Source of the DNA: Alphaproteobacteria bacterium
GTDB lineage: Bacteria > Pseudomonadota > Alphaproteobacteria > UBA828
Length of the DNA: 64,000 nucleotides
Assembly (NCBI GenBank): GCA_965237415.1
Contig: CBDEFM010000002.1
Span: 800,001-864,000 of the forward strand
Reading direction: 5' to 3'
A model generated the notes under the pieces. The model had not been told where the DNA came from and ran no database searches. It saw only the letters and a list, made by a program, of their open reading frames with translations. The position numbers and the translations under genes are program-made. Positions within the stretch are counted from its first letter, which is position 1. Every line of letters starts with the position of its first letter. This document shows positions 9,090-18,054 of this stretch, one piece after another.

Positions 9090-10286
9090 TCAGTTCGTGC
9101 CTGCCGCCGGGTTCGCGAGGCCGGGCAGGCGGCGCATCTCTTCGACGCCGAGCGCGAGCGAGGCGGCGTCGATGGCGCCGCGCCGCTCCTCGGTGCGGTA
9201 GCGCTGCCAGTCGAGCATCAGCGAGACCGCCTGCATGACCGCCAGCTCGCGCAGCAGGTTTTCCTGGGACATCGCCTGGAGGCCCACGAACCAGTCGGGG
9301 TCCTCGAAGCGGCGGGCGGCCAGCAGCTCCAGCAACTCGTAGCCGCTGACCGGCGTGTCCGGATCGCGTCCGGAGTCCCGCGCGATCGCGGCAGCCCAGC
9401 CGCCCAGCGCCGCGCCCGGGGCGCGGAGCGCGCGGGCCTGCGCCAGGTAGTCGGCGGCCAGCGCGGCGCGGGCATCCGCCGACCGGGCGAGCAGGACGCG
9501 CCTGCGCTCGCGGTCGGTGTCGGCGGACGAGAGCGGCGGCGGGTCGTGCACCACGGGAGCGGCGAGGTTGCGCGAGAGCTCCACGGCCGCGCGCAGCTCG
9601 TGCTCGCCCGCAAAGGTGCGCCGGTCGAACAGGGTCGCGGCCCGCAGGTCGGCGCCGTGCAGCGCGTCGGCGCCCCGGCAGAGCCCGGACTCCTCGCCGG
9701 CGCGCGCGGCGTTGCAGTAGACGCGCGTCACCGTCTCGAAGCGCGCGGCGTCGCCGGCTGCGGCGCCCGGCCGGTCCACCACCGCGCGGTCGCCGGATAT
9801 GCGCCCGGCCTCGGCCCGGGCGGCGCGCTCCCGCGCACTCTCCGCTGCGGCATGCGTGCCGCCGAGACCGGTCAGTCCCGTGACCGCCTCGCAGGCGCTT
9901 GCGCTCGGCCTCCTGGCCCGCATGGCCTCGGTCTCTGCGGCCTCGCGGGCGATCTGCGCCTGCAGCTTCGTCTGCGAATCCAGCGCGCCGGTGACCGCCT
10001 TGGCGCTCTGCGCGATGTAGCCCGAGAGCTGGCCGGTCTGGAGGCGGAGCGCCTCGATGATGGCGCGTTCCATGGCGTCGATCTCGCGGGTGAGCCCGGT
10101 CAGCACCCGCGTCGCCTCGGCGCGGTCGTTGTCGGTGCGGTCGCAGCGGTGGGCTTCGGCCTCTCCCGGCAACAGCAGCGCGGCCGCCAGCAGCGCCGCC
10201 GCGAACATCGCGGCCACCGGCACCGCGCCGAGGCCCGCGGGTCTGCCGGTCGCGGCCCTTCGGGCCTTGGCCCTTCGGGCCCTCAT
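9090..10286 (-). CDS. Secreted helical protein, TraW/IcmX-like
   Basis: Signal peptide; C-terminal ELL..RRF.DP.W...LQAM..ENLLREL..MQA; lies upstream of dotA as traW/icmX do. Confidence 0.6.
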   Translation of the reverse strand: MRARRAKARRAATGRPAGLGAVPVAAMFAAALLAAALLLPGEAEAHRCDRTDNDRAEATRVLTGLTREIDAMERAIIEALRLQTGQLSGYIAQSAKAVTGALDSQTKLQAQIAREAAETEAMRARRPSASACEAVTGLTGLGGTHAAAESARERAARAEAGRISGDRAVVDRPGAAAGDAARFETVTRVYCNAARAGEESGLCRGADALHGADLRAATLFDRRTFAGEHELRAAVELSRNLAAPVVHDPPPLSSADTDRERRRVLLARSADARAALAADYLAQARALRAPGAALGGWAAAIARDSGRDPDTPVSGYELLELLAARRFEDPDWFVGLQAMSQENLLRELAVMQAVSLMLDWQRYRTEERRGAIDAASLALGVEEMRRLPGLANPAAGTN

Positions 10287-10801
10287 CGTCCGCCCTCCAC
10301 GACGTCCCGGAACCGCTCGGCCCCGGCCCCGCCCGCCCGGATGTCCTCCAACGCGTCGCGGCGCTCCCAGTCGACGTCGAGGCCGGGAAGGCGCGGCAGC
10401 GGCGCGGTGTAGACGGACGCATCCAGCGCCCGGCCGAGATAGCGGCGGTAGGCGTCGCGGGCGGCCGCGCAGAGGCGCCGGCGCGCGAGGTCGAGGATGT
10501 CGTCCAGCGCCCCCGCGGGGTCGAACAGGATGTCGAAGGCGCGGTAGTCGAACAGGTCGGCGATGCAGGAGAAGTCGAGGATCGAGTCGGGATCGCGGAT
10601 GCCCTGGTCCGGATGACGGATGATCGCGATGTCCGCCTCGACACCCCGCCGGGCGCTCCCGGCAAGCGCCTCGCGCACCTGCGGGTCGCAGCGGACGTCC
10701 GCCGCCGCCGGGCCGCTCGCAGGCGACGGCGGGGCCTGGGCCGCCGCCGGCGCCGCCCACAGCAGGAGAGCGAGCGCCGGCACGATCAGGACCCTATTCA
10801 T
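10283..10801 (-). CDS. Exported Cys-containing transfer-region protein of unknown function
   Basis: Signal peptide MNRVLIVPALALLLWAAPAAAQA; overlaps both neighbouring genes; three Cys. Confidence 0.7.
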   Translation of the reverse strand: MNRVLIVPALALLLWAAPAAAQAPPSPASGPAAADVRCDPQVREALAGSARRGVEADIAIIRHPDQGIRDPDSILDFSCIADLFDYRAFDILFDPAGALDDILDLARRRLCAAARDAYRRYLGRALDASVYTAPLPRLPGLDVDWERRDALEDIRAGGAGAERFRDVVEGGR

Positions 10802-11189
10802 CGCCGTCGGCGCCGCCGCCGCTATCCGGCCCGCCGTCCGCCGCCGGCTTGCGCGAGAGCACGTTGACCATGCCCTGCGGGCCCGACACCACGACCTCGG
10901 TGACCTGCCTCTTGTTCCCCTCCTTGTCGTCGAACGAGCGGGTGACGAGCCGGCCCTCGACCAGGACCGCCGCGCCCTTGCGCACGAGGTCCTCGGCCGC
11001 CTTGACCGAGCCCCCGTAGACGACGATCCGGTGCCATTCGGTCTTCTCTTCGGCCCCGCCGTCCTTGCCCTTCCATCGCCTCGTGGTGGCGAGATTGAAC
11101 GACGCGGTCCTGTCGCCGCTTTGCAGGGTGCGGCCCTCGGGATCGCCTCCCGCATGGCCCAGCAGCGTCACCCGGTTGATCTGCAACAT
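10794..11189 (-). CDS. ssb: Single-stranded DNA-binding protein (transfer-operon copy)
   Basis: INRVTLLGHAGGDPE...FNLAT..RW...TEWHRIV...KGA.VLVEGRL.TRSF. This is the C-terminal part of ORF 10794..13775, with RBS AGGAGG before ATG 11189. Confidence 0.92.
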   Translation of the reverse strand: MLQINRVTLLGHAGGDPEGRTLQSGDRTASFNLATTRRWKGKDGGAEEKTEWHRIVVYGGSVKAAEDLVRKGAAVLVEGRLVTRSFDDKEGNKRQVTEVVVSGPQGMVNVLSRKPAADGGPDSGGGADGDE

Positions 11190-11209
11190 CGCGTACCTCC
11201 TTTCGCGGT

Positions 11210-14200
11210 TCAGGCCGGCCCCTCCGGGACCGGCAGCGGTGATTCGGATATCCCGGAGAGCTCGTGCGCCGCCGCCCCGGCGATCTCTTCCGCAAGGCGG
11301 TCGAGCACCGCCTCCTCGGAGGCCGCCCGTCCGGCGCCGGGCGCGTCGAGGCGCGCGATCTCGCTCTCGATGCGGCCCCGCGCGGTCCCGGCGGGGAAGG
11401 CGCGGGCCAGCGCCGCCCTGGCCCGGGCCGGCGGCAGCAGGGCGTAGAGGCGGTTGCGCAGCGCCACGTCGGCGGGGCTCGTGGTGAGCGCCCAGAGCTC
11501 GACCGGGCCCGGCGTGTTGACGACGAGCTGCTCGAAACGCCCGCCCGTGCCCGACGCGATCAGCAGCGCCGGCGCGCCGTCCCGGCCGGGGCCGGTGAGC
11601 CGGTAGCGGATTGTTTCGGCCAGGGTGTCGCTCAGGGAGAACATGGCGGCAAGCGCGTCCGCCTCGCGCGCCTTGCCGCCCGAGCCCAGGATCCAGTAGC
11701 GGTTGGCGAGCTCGGCGAGCGCGCCCCCGAAATCTTCCAGGCGCTGCGAGGCCAATGCGAGGCGCACCCGGAGCTTGCGGGCCTCGCGCACGTCGCGCTC
11801 GACCTGGGCACGCACGGCAGGCGCACCGGCGGTGCGGTGGAACTCGTCGTAGCAGAGCCGCTTGGGGGATTCGCGGACATCGCGAAGCCTGGTGGCATGC
11901 CACTCCCGGTAGGGCTCGGGGATGGCGGCGAGCGCGTCCTCGCCGATCCACCAGTGGCGCGTCAGCGCGTGGCGGGCGAGCAGGTAGAAGGCGGCGGACT
12001 GGCGGTCGGCCTCGGCCGAGCCTTGCGGCGCCACCTCGGCGAGGTCGATCGCCGCGAGGCGTGCGCCGCCGACGTCGAAGGCGGTGGGCGAGAACATCAC
12101 CGGCCAGTCGCCGGAGAGCGCAGTCAGGATGCGGATGAAGGCCTGGGTGACGCTCTCGCCGCCGGCGCCGTACCTGGCGTCCCCCACCAGCCCCTGCACG
12201 GCGGGCTCGCGCACCGAGGCGAGCAGGTCGCCCAGCGTCGGCACCGCGTAGCGTTGCGCCCTTGACGCGCCCTCGTGCGCGCCTGCCTGGAACAGCAGGT
12301 CCACCACCTCCCACCACAGCGGGTCCTCGGGGAGGCGCAGGCCGCACGCCGCGATCGCCGCGTCGACCTCTTCGTCGCGCGCTTGCGTGTAGGCGTGGGG
12401 CTCGGCGCCCGGCTCCTTGTCGGAGCGCAGCGCATAGGCGCCCGTGAGCGCCGGGCCGATCAGCTCGCGCATGCCGTCGGGCACGCCGGCGGCGGACCCT
12501 CGGGCCGGACCCGCCGGCGTCACCATCAACCCGAGCAGGTTCATCAGGAAGGCGCGTTCGGCAGGCAGCGGGGCGCGGCAGCCGAGCTGCGTGTCGCAGG
12601 GGTTGATGGCATGCTCCGCCGTCATGCGGAGCGGGAACCAGCCCGCCTCGTGGCGGCGCTCGGGCGGCAGCGCCTCCCGGACCAGGGAGATAAGCCCCGA
12701 CGAGGAGGGGCCGATGTCGATGACCGCGTTCAGGGGCAGCCTTGCCTGACCGCCTTGCAGGCAGAAAGCGAGACCCAAAGCGTTCATCAGCACCGACTTG
12801 CCCTGGCCGGGCAGGCCGTAGATCAGCTCGAAGCCGTAGTCCCCGCCGCCGCCCGCGGCCAGGGCCAGGGGCTTGCCGTCGGGCGAGCGGAAGAGGTGCG
12901 CAGCACCCGCGCGCGCCGCTGACTCCGAGAGGGCGGCGGGGCGGCTCACCGGCAGCAGGCGGAGCGCTTCGGCGAGGGGTGCGAGCGCCGGCTCTGCCGT
13001 TGCCCCGCAGCAGAACCCGGGGACGGAGGCGACGAAACTCTCCAGCGGATCGCCGGTCAGCGGCGTGAACACCGCCTCGCCCCAACCCTCGGCCACCTGC
13101 TGCAGGCGGCTGAGCCGCGCCGCCAGCGCCGCCTCGCCGTCGGCCGGCGCGACCCAGGTGAGCAGCCCGAGGCGGAGCCTGACGATGGCATGGGCGTCGG
13201 CGCCGAGGGCCGCGAGGTCGCGGAGCGCGTTCCGCGCGAGCAGGCTGTCCGAGGACGAGAAGGCGAGGAAGGACGCGGCGACGCGGGCCACGGCGGCATC
13301 GAGGCGGTGCAGCCCGCCGCCCTCGATCAGGAGCGAGAGGCGGCAGGGCAGCCCGGCGGCGGCCAGGACGGCCATCAGCTCGGCGAAGGGGCGCGAATGC
13401 CTTGGCCCGAGGCTCATGTCGAGCGCGCCGTAGAGCCGTGCGCCGATGCGGACGCCGTCGCCGACCCGTTCCGGCTCGCGGACCAGCAGCTGCGGGGCCA
13501 GAGGCGGCGGGAAGGCGCCGGCCTCCGGCGGCTCGCAGACGCGCGCCGGCGCGTCGTTGGTCGCGGTTACCGGGCGCCATTCCGCAGCGGTCGAGGCGGT
13601 TCCGTTCACCATGCGCCGCATGAGCCGGAGCGCGTCCTCCTCGCCGAGCAGGGCGCCGACGATCCCGGTCTCGGCGAGCACGGCATCGAGTGAGTCCAGC
13701 AGCGCCTCGTGGCGCGGCCAGAGATCGTCCAGGGCGAGATGGGGGCACTGCGCCGCGCCGGCGTCCGGCAGCCAATCCTTGAGCCGCTTGCGCAGCCGCC
13801 TGCGATCCCGCTCCAGCCGGTCGCGCGGCAGCACGCCAGGCCGCGTCCAGCAGGCCAGCACCAGGGTCTCGGCCGCGATCAGGGGACCGAGGCGCCTGGC
13901 CCGCTCGGCTAGCAGGTCGCCGAGGTCGAGGCCCAGCCGTTCGCCCTGGCGGCGCGCGGCGTCGGCGTAGGCCTCGGCCAGCGGCGCCGATTCGTCCGGC
14001 GCGCGCTCGAACGTCACGTGGAGCGCATGGCCGGGAAGGGAGAGGGCGGTGTTGAGCCGGCGCGCGGCGAGGTCGACGAAGCGGTCGAGCTCCTGGGCGC
14101 CCATCATCGAGCGGGCGCCGTCGAGGCGCAGCAGCGACACCAGCGAGCCGTCATGGCAGACGAGCGCGCCGCCGCCGCCTTCGAGAGGGACGGCGGCCTG

Positions 14201-14290
14201 GGGCGCCAAGAAACTCTCCAGCGGCTTGCGCCGCAGCGTCCAGCCCAGGCGCTGGAGGTCGTCGATGGCAGCGGCGAGCGAGAACGGCAT
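11210..14290 (-). CDS. icmB: IcmB/DotO (TraU) VirB4-like T4BSS ATPase
   Basis: LFRSPDGK, Walker A GLPGQGKS, VIDIGPSSSGLISLV, AINPCDTQLGCR.P, AQRYAVPTL.D, Walker B YDEFHRT, REARK....LASQ..EDF. Confidence 0.92.
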   Translation of the reverse strand: MPFSLAAAIDDLQRLGWTLRRKPLESFLAPQAAVPLEGGGGALVCHDGSLVSLLRLDGARSMMGAQELDRFVDLAARRLNTALSLPGHALHVTFERAPDESAPLAEAYADAARRQGERLGLDLGDLLAERARRLGPLIAAETLVLACWTRPGVLPRDRLERDRRRLRKRLKDWLPDAGAAQCPHLALDDLWPRHEALLDSLDAVLAETGIVGALLGEEDALRLMRRMVNGTASTAAEWRPVTATNDAPARVCEPPEAGAFPPPLAPQLLVREPERVGDGVRIGARLYGALDMSLGPRHSRPFAELMAVLAAAGLPCRLSLLIEGGGLHRLDAAVARVAASFLAFSSSDSLLARNALRDLAALGADAHAIVRLRLGLLTWVAPADGEAALAARLSRLQQVAEGWGEAVFTPLTGDPLESFVASVPGFCCGATAEPALAPLAEALRLLPVSRPAALSESAARAGAAHLFRSPDGKPLALAAGGGGDYGFELIYGLPGQGKSVLMNALGLAFCLQGGQARLPLNAVIDIGPSSSGLISLVREALPPERRHEAGWFPLRMTAEHAINPCDTQLGCRAPLPAERAFLMNLLGLMVTPAGPARGSAAGVPDGMRELIGPALTGAYALRSDKEPGAEPHAYTQARDEEVDAAIAACGLRLPEDPLWWEVVDLLFQAGAHEGASRAQRYAVPTLGDLLASVREPAVQGLVGDARYGAGGESVTQAFIRILTALSGDWPVMFSPTAFDVGGARLAAIDLAEVAPQGSAEADRQSAAFYLLARHALTRHWWIGEDALAAIPEPYREWHATRLRDVRESPKRLCYDEFHRTAGAPAVRAQVERDVREARKLRVRLALASQRLEDFGGALAELANRYWILGSGGKAREADALAAMFSLSDTLAETIRYRLTGPGRDGAPALLIASGTGGRFEQLVVNTPGPVELWALTTSPADVALRNRLYALLPPARARAALARAFPAGTARGRIESEIARLDAPGAGRAASEEAVLDRLAEEIAGAAAHELSGISESPLPVPEGPA

Positions 14291-14304
14291 GACGCGAGCG
14301 CCTC

Positions 14305-14766
14305 CTACAGCCTCGGCTTGAGCACGGTGTGGCTGCCGCCGTCGACGCCGAAGGTGGCGCCGAGCGCGTTGATGACGGCGGGCGCCGCGATCAGCGCCAC
14401 GCCGATGAGAATGGCGATGAGGCCCGAGCCGATGGTGGTCTGCTGCGGGTGGTCGACGTGGCGCTTCAGCTTCAGGAGGCCGAAGCCGACGATGGCGGCG
14501 CCGATGATGTAGAAGGCGATGGCGATGAGGCCGGGCACGGTCTCGAGGTCGCCGGCCGCCTCCTGGGCCATGTCGCCGAGGGAGACCGCGAGCGCCGGCC
14601 CGGCGCTCCACAGCCACCAGACGCCGATCAGCGCCGCGGCGAGCGGACCGGGCGGCGGCGCCATGCGCGGCCTCAGGCGGCGATCGCCGGCAGTCCGTTG
14701 GCGCAGGGAAATATTCAACTCCATCGGCAGGCGCCTGATGGGAATCGCGAGGCGTGTCGGGTTCAT
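14305..14766 (-). CDS. IcmD/TraR-like small membrane protein
   Basis: Two TM helices flanking KLKRHVDHPQQ; directly upstream of icmB. Start uncertain. Confidence 0.7.
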   Translation of the reverse strand: MNPTRLAIPIRRLPMELNISLRQRTAGDRRLRPRMAPPPGPLAAALIGVWWLWSAGPALAVSLGDMAQEAAGDLETVPGLIAIAFYIIGAAIVGFGLLKLKRHVDHPQQTTIGSGLIAILIGVALIAAPAVINALGATFGVDGGSHTVLKPRL

Positions 14767-14780
14767 GCTCAAGAATCCTT

Positions 14781-15320
14781 TCACCGGATGGTCAGCGCCG
14801 TGATGCCGAGGCTGGTCTGGACCGCGTCGATGACGGCGGGGAGGTGCCAGGCGGCGATGCCGCCGGCCATGTGGGCGAAGGCGCGGGCGCCTGAGGCCCC
14901 GGGCCTCGCGTCGGCGGCGGCGCGGAGCACGAAGGCGCCCCGGATGAAGGCGAAGAGGCCGACGAGGGCGACCAGGGTGAACACGGCGGCAAGCAGCGCG
15001 TCGTAGTCCGCGCCGCGCCCGCCGTAGCCGAGGCTCGCGCTTCCCGGCAGCGGGTCGGCGCCGAACAGGCTCTCGCTCGCAGCCCCGAGCCACGACGGCA
15101 GCGCCGCCAGGACGATACAGATCAGGAAGCTGAGCGCCGTGCCGCCGCCGGAGGGGGTGTGGAACTTGTCCTCCGAGGTCTTGAGCAGCCGCAGCAGCCC
15201 CTGGGCGAAGGCGAAGAGCGCGAGCAGGTAGCAGAGCGCCGAGATCAGCAGCAGGAGGCCGGGCTCGAGATCGCGGACCAGCGCGATCATGGCCTGGTCC
15301 AGGCCTCTCGACTCACCCAT
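14781..15320 (-). CDS. IcmC/TraQ-like membrane protein
   Basis: Four TM helices with LVGLFAFIRG and AHMAGG motifs; synteny between icmE and icmD. Confidence 0.7.
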   Translation of the reverse strand: MGESRGLDQAMIALVRDLEPGLLLLISALCYLLALFAFAQGLLRLLKTSEDKFHTPSGGGTALSFLICIVLAALPSWLGAASESLFGADPLPGSASLGYGGRGADYDALLAAVFTLVALVGLFAFIRGAFVLRAAADARPGASGARAFAHMAGGIAAWHLPAVIDAVQTSLGITALTIR

Positions 15321-16440
15321 CGCTGCCGTCCTGCGCGGACCCTTGCGCTCCGCCCGGCCGGCCTGCGAACACCACCACCAGCTCGGTGTCGCGCGGGATG
15401 CGCACGGTGGGCCCGTCCGGCGCGTTCTCGAGCAGGACGTCGCCGGCGGTCCGCGCCGCGCTGGCGAGGCCGGCGTTGACCGCGTCACGGGTCGCCGCCT
15501 CACGCCGCTCGTAGCGCACGTCGCCGTCGCCGATGCTGAGGCTCTCGGCCGGCCGGGCCAGCGCGGCAAGGAACCCCTCGGCGAAGCGCACCGCCGAGGG
15601 CAGCAGCACGCGGCTGAACCAGTGGCTATCGACCTCGCCCTCGACCCCGTAGCAGGCGCAGTCGAGGCCGACCGCCCAGGCGTCGACGGAGACGCTGCGC
15701 CCCCGGTATTCCAGGCGGGCGAGGCGCAGCACCAGGCGCTCGCCCACCAGGGTGAACGCGCCCGAGACCACGGCGCCCGCGAGCGGCGGCTCCAGCAGCT
15801 CCAGCAGCACCGGGCCGGGATAGTCGGAATCGACCGCATAGAGGGTGCGGGCGTAGATGCCGCGGCCTGCGGCCAGATGCGGTAAGATGGGCGCGGCCGC
15901 CTGCGGCTCCGGGCCTGCTGGTAGCGCCGTCACACCTCCTGGTGTTGTCGGGTCGGGGCCGCCGGCGGCTGCCGGGTACCAGGGCGTTCCCCTGTAGCGC
16001 AGCCGCACGATCTCGGGCGGGCGGGTCCAGCTCTCGATGAGCACGCCGATCAGGTCGCCGACGCCTGTTCCGTCGCCGCCCGGCGCCGGCCGTGCCGGCT
16101 GCTCCGGCCGTCTATACGCCTCGTAGGCCGGCTGCGGCCGCTGCGGCGCCGCCGGCGCATGGGCATCCCGCCGTCCACCGGCGTCCGCAGCCGCGTCCGC
16201 CCCGGGTGTCGTGCCCGGACCCTGGAACACCGGCATGAAGGTCTCGCCCGCCCGGCGGGCGGCGTCGAGGCGCTCGCGGTCGCGCTCGTCCAGCGTGTCG
16301 CGGTAGGCCGGCGGCACGCTGTCCTCGGGATCGAGTCTCGGGCCGCGGTTGTCCGGCACCTGGGCGAGCGCCGGAGCCGTCAGGCCCGCGGTCCAGAGGA
16401 CGGCCAGCAGTACACCTTTATACAGGGCGTCAGTTCTCAT
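15313..16440 (-). CDS. icmE: IcmE/DotG (TraO), VirB10/TrbI-like core protein, short form
   Basis: AGRGIYA....VDSDYPGPV........GA...G.F and VDSHWFSRVLLPSA..F.EG TrbI-type domain. Confidence 0.8.
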   Translation of the reverse strand: MRTDALYKGVLLAVLWTAGLTAPALAQVPDNRGPRLDPEDSVPPAYRDTLDERDRERLDAARRAGETFMPVFQGPGTTPGADAAADAGGRRDAHAPAAPQRPQPAYEAYRRPEQPARPAPGGDGTGVGDLIGVLIESWTRPPEIVRLRYRGTPWYPAAAGGPDPTTPGGVTALPAGPEPQAAAPILPHLAAGRGIYARTLYAVDSDYPGPVLLELLEPPLAGAVVSGAFTLVGERLVLRLARLEYRGRSVSVDAWAVGLDCACYGVEGEVDSHWFSRVLLPSAVRFAEGFLAALARPAESLSIGDGDVRYERREAATRDAVNAGLASAARTAGDVLLENAPDGPTVRIPRDTELVVVFAGRPGGAQGSAQDGSDG

Positions 16441-17416
16441 CGGCTGTCTCCGGCCAGGCGGCATCGCTTCCCGGGCGCCCGAGCGAGAGCCGCCGCGCCC
16501 TGCCGGCGTCGCTCACCAGGACCAGCGGGGTGTCGGCGAGGCGGTAGGCCCAGCGCCCGCCGGGGCCGCGCTCCGCCGCGAGCGGGCCGGGCGAGAGCAG
16601 ATGGGCACGGCTGAGAAGCAGCAGGTCCCCGCCCCGGCGCCAGGCGCGCTCGCCTGGCACCCCGCCCTCGATCGTGAGCCGCTCCGCGTCCGGCGGCACC
16701 GCGCCGCCCAGCAGGTCGAGCAGCACGGCATCGCCGGCGTGGAACCCGGAAGGCAGCGCCAGCGCGCCCGGATCGGCGTTGGGGCCGGCAACGCCGAGCC
16801 GGATGTCGACCCGAAAATCGACGTCGGCGCCGGTGCCCGTCAGCGACGCCACCACCGGCTCGGCGCGGCCGGCGAGCTTGACCACGGCGTTGCCCCTGAG
16901 ATACGCGGCGGAAGGCGCGAGATAGAGCAGGTGAGCGCTCCCCGACGCCTCTTCGTCCGCGCCGCCGTCCCTCGGCCCTGCGGGTCCGCCCGGCGGCAGG
17001 AAGCGGCGGTCGACCAGGGCCTCCTCGATGGGCCAGGGCGCGCCGGTCATGTCGGTGAAGGAGACCACGGTGACGTAGCCGCGCCGGAGCGCTATCGCGG
17101 GGACCGCGTCGCCGGTGCCGTCGAGGCGCACCCGCCGGACCCGTCCCCGGGGCGGGGCGCCGGCGCCTCTGGCCGTGGCCTCCTGGGTCTCGCGCAGCAG
17201 CCGTCCGAGGGTCTCGATCTGGTCCCGCGTGAAGGGCAGCGCGGCGCGGCCCTGGCGTGCCGCGTCCTCGTCCGCCAGCGCATGGCCGGGCCACGCGTCG
17301 GTCCCTCTCTCCAGCGGGGCCGCCGGCGCATCGCCCTGCGCCCATGCCGGCCCCGCCGCGGCGGCAACCAGCACCGCCGCCGCCGGCACCCATCGAAGCA
17401 GCCTGCGCATTCTCAC
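16430..17416 (-). CDS. icmK: IcmK/DotH (TraN) T4BSS core protein
   Basis: LPFT.DQI..L, GYVTVVSFTD.TGAPWPI, GN.VVKL....PV, VD.R.D......GPNA, LLSP. Confidence 0.85.
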   Translation of the reverse strand: MRMRRLLRWVPAAAVLVAAAAGPAWAQGDAPAAPLERGTDAWPGHALADEDAARQGRAALPFTRDQIETLGRLLRETQEATARGAGAPPRGRVRRVRLDGTGDAVPAIALRRGYVTVVSFTDMTGAPWPIEEALVDRRFLPPGGPAGPRDGGADEEASGSAHLLYLAPSAAYLRGNAVVKLAGRAEPVVASLTGTGADVDFRVDIRLGVAGPNADPGALALPSGFHAGDAVLLDLLGGAVPPDAERLTIEGGVPGERAWRRGGDLLLLSRAHLLSPGPLAAERGPGGRWAYRLADTPLVLVSDAGRARRLSLGRPGSDAAWPETADEN

Positions 17417-18054
17417 GAGCCGCCTCCCTTGCTGGCGATGAGCTGCTCTATGGCGATGCCGGCGGGGCGCTCGTCGAGCGCCACGCGCATCACCAGCACC
17501 TGCGCGATCAGCTCCTGGCTGGCCCTGCGCGTGCCGGCCGCGAAGGTGACCAGGATGGGGAACTCGACGGCCCAGCCGACGCGGCCTCGGAAGTAGCGGG
17601 TGTCCACGATCACCGGCGCGCCCCGGGCCACCGCCGAGGCGACCTGCAAGTTCTCGCGAAGCCGGTCCAGGAACAGGCTCTCGTCGAGGCCCTTGAGGAA
17701 GGACTCGTAGCCCGCGTCGGTAAAATGCTCGCGGATGCCCGCGAGCCGCAGCCGCCAGTCGTGATGGCCGAGGGTGAAGGCCTCGGTGACGGCGGAGACC
17801 GTCCAGTTGCGGAGCGCCGCGTCCGACATGATCGGCTCGTCGAGCGGCGTCAGCGGCACCAGCCGTCCGTCCGGCGTCGCGGCGACGGCGATATAGACGG
17901 TGGAGTGCAGGTAGACGTAGCCGGCGAAGGCGGCCGCCGTCAGCACGTTGCAGACCAGCAGCCAGGCGGCGGCCCGGCGCCAGCCGTGGTGCTGGTCGCG
18001 GTGGAAGGCGAATGTCCTGGCCGCGGCGCGCACGGCCTGCAGGCGGCTACTCAA
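17413..18054 (-). CDS. icmL: IcmL/DotI (TraM) T4BSS protein
   Basis: N-terminal TM, Y.A.TPDGRLVPL.PLDEP.MSD.....W...AV, FT..GY..F...L..S, GIAIEQ. Confidence 0.88.
   Translation of the reverse strand: MSSRLQAVRAAARTFAFHRDQHHGWRRAAAWLLVCNVLTAAAFAGYVYLHSTVYIAVAATPDGRLVPLTPLDEPIMSDAALRNWTVSAVTEAFTLGHHDWRLRLAGIREHFTDAGYESFLKGLDESLFLDRLRENLQVASAVARGAPVIVDTRYFRGRVGWAVEFPILVTFAAGTRRASQELIAQVLVMRVALDERPAGIAIEQLIASKGGGS

Noticed and set aside
4067-13775. Long overlapping ORFs 4067..6730, 6680..9238, 6750..8987, 8503..10665 and 10794..13775 as full-length genes
   Set aside because: Alternative-frame or antisense shadows. Only the C-terminal parts of 4067..6730 and 10794..13775 are real genes, annotated with corrected starts.
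6800-18054. Legionella-type effector-secreting Dot/Icm virulence system
   Set aside because: The context (relaxase, ssb, VirD4, pil genes, short DotG, no DotL/M/N or IcmS/W) indicates conjugation, and the system is incomplete.
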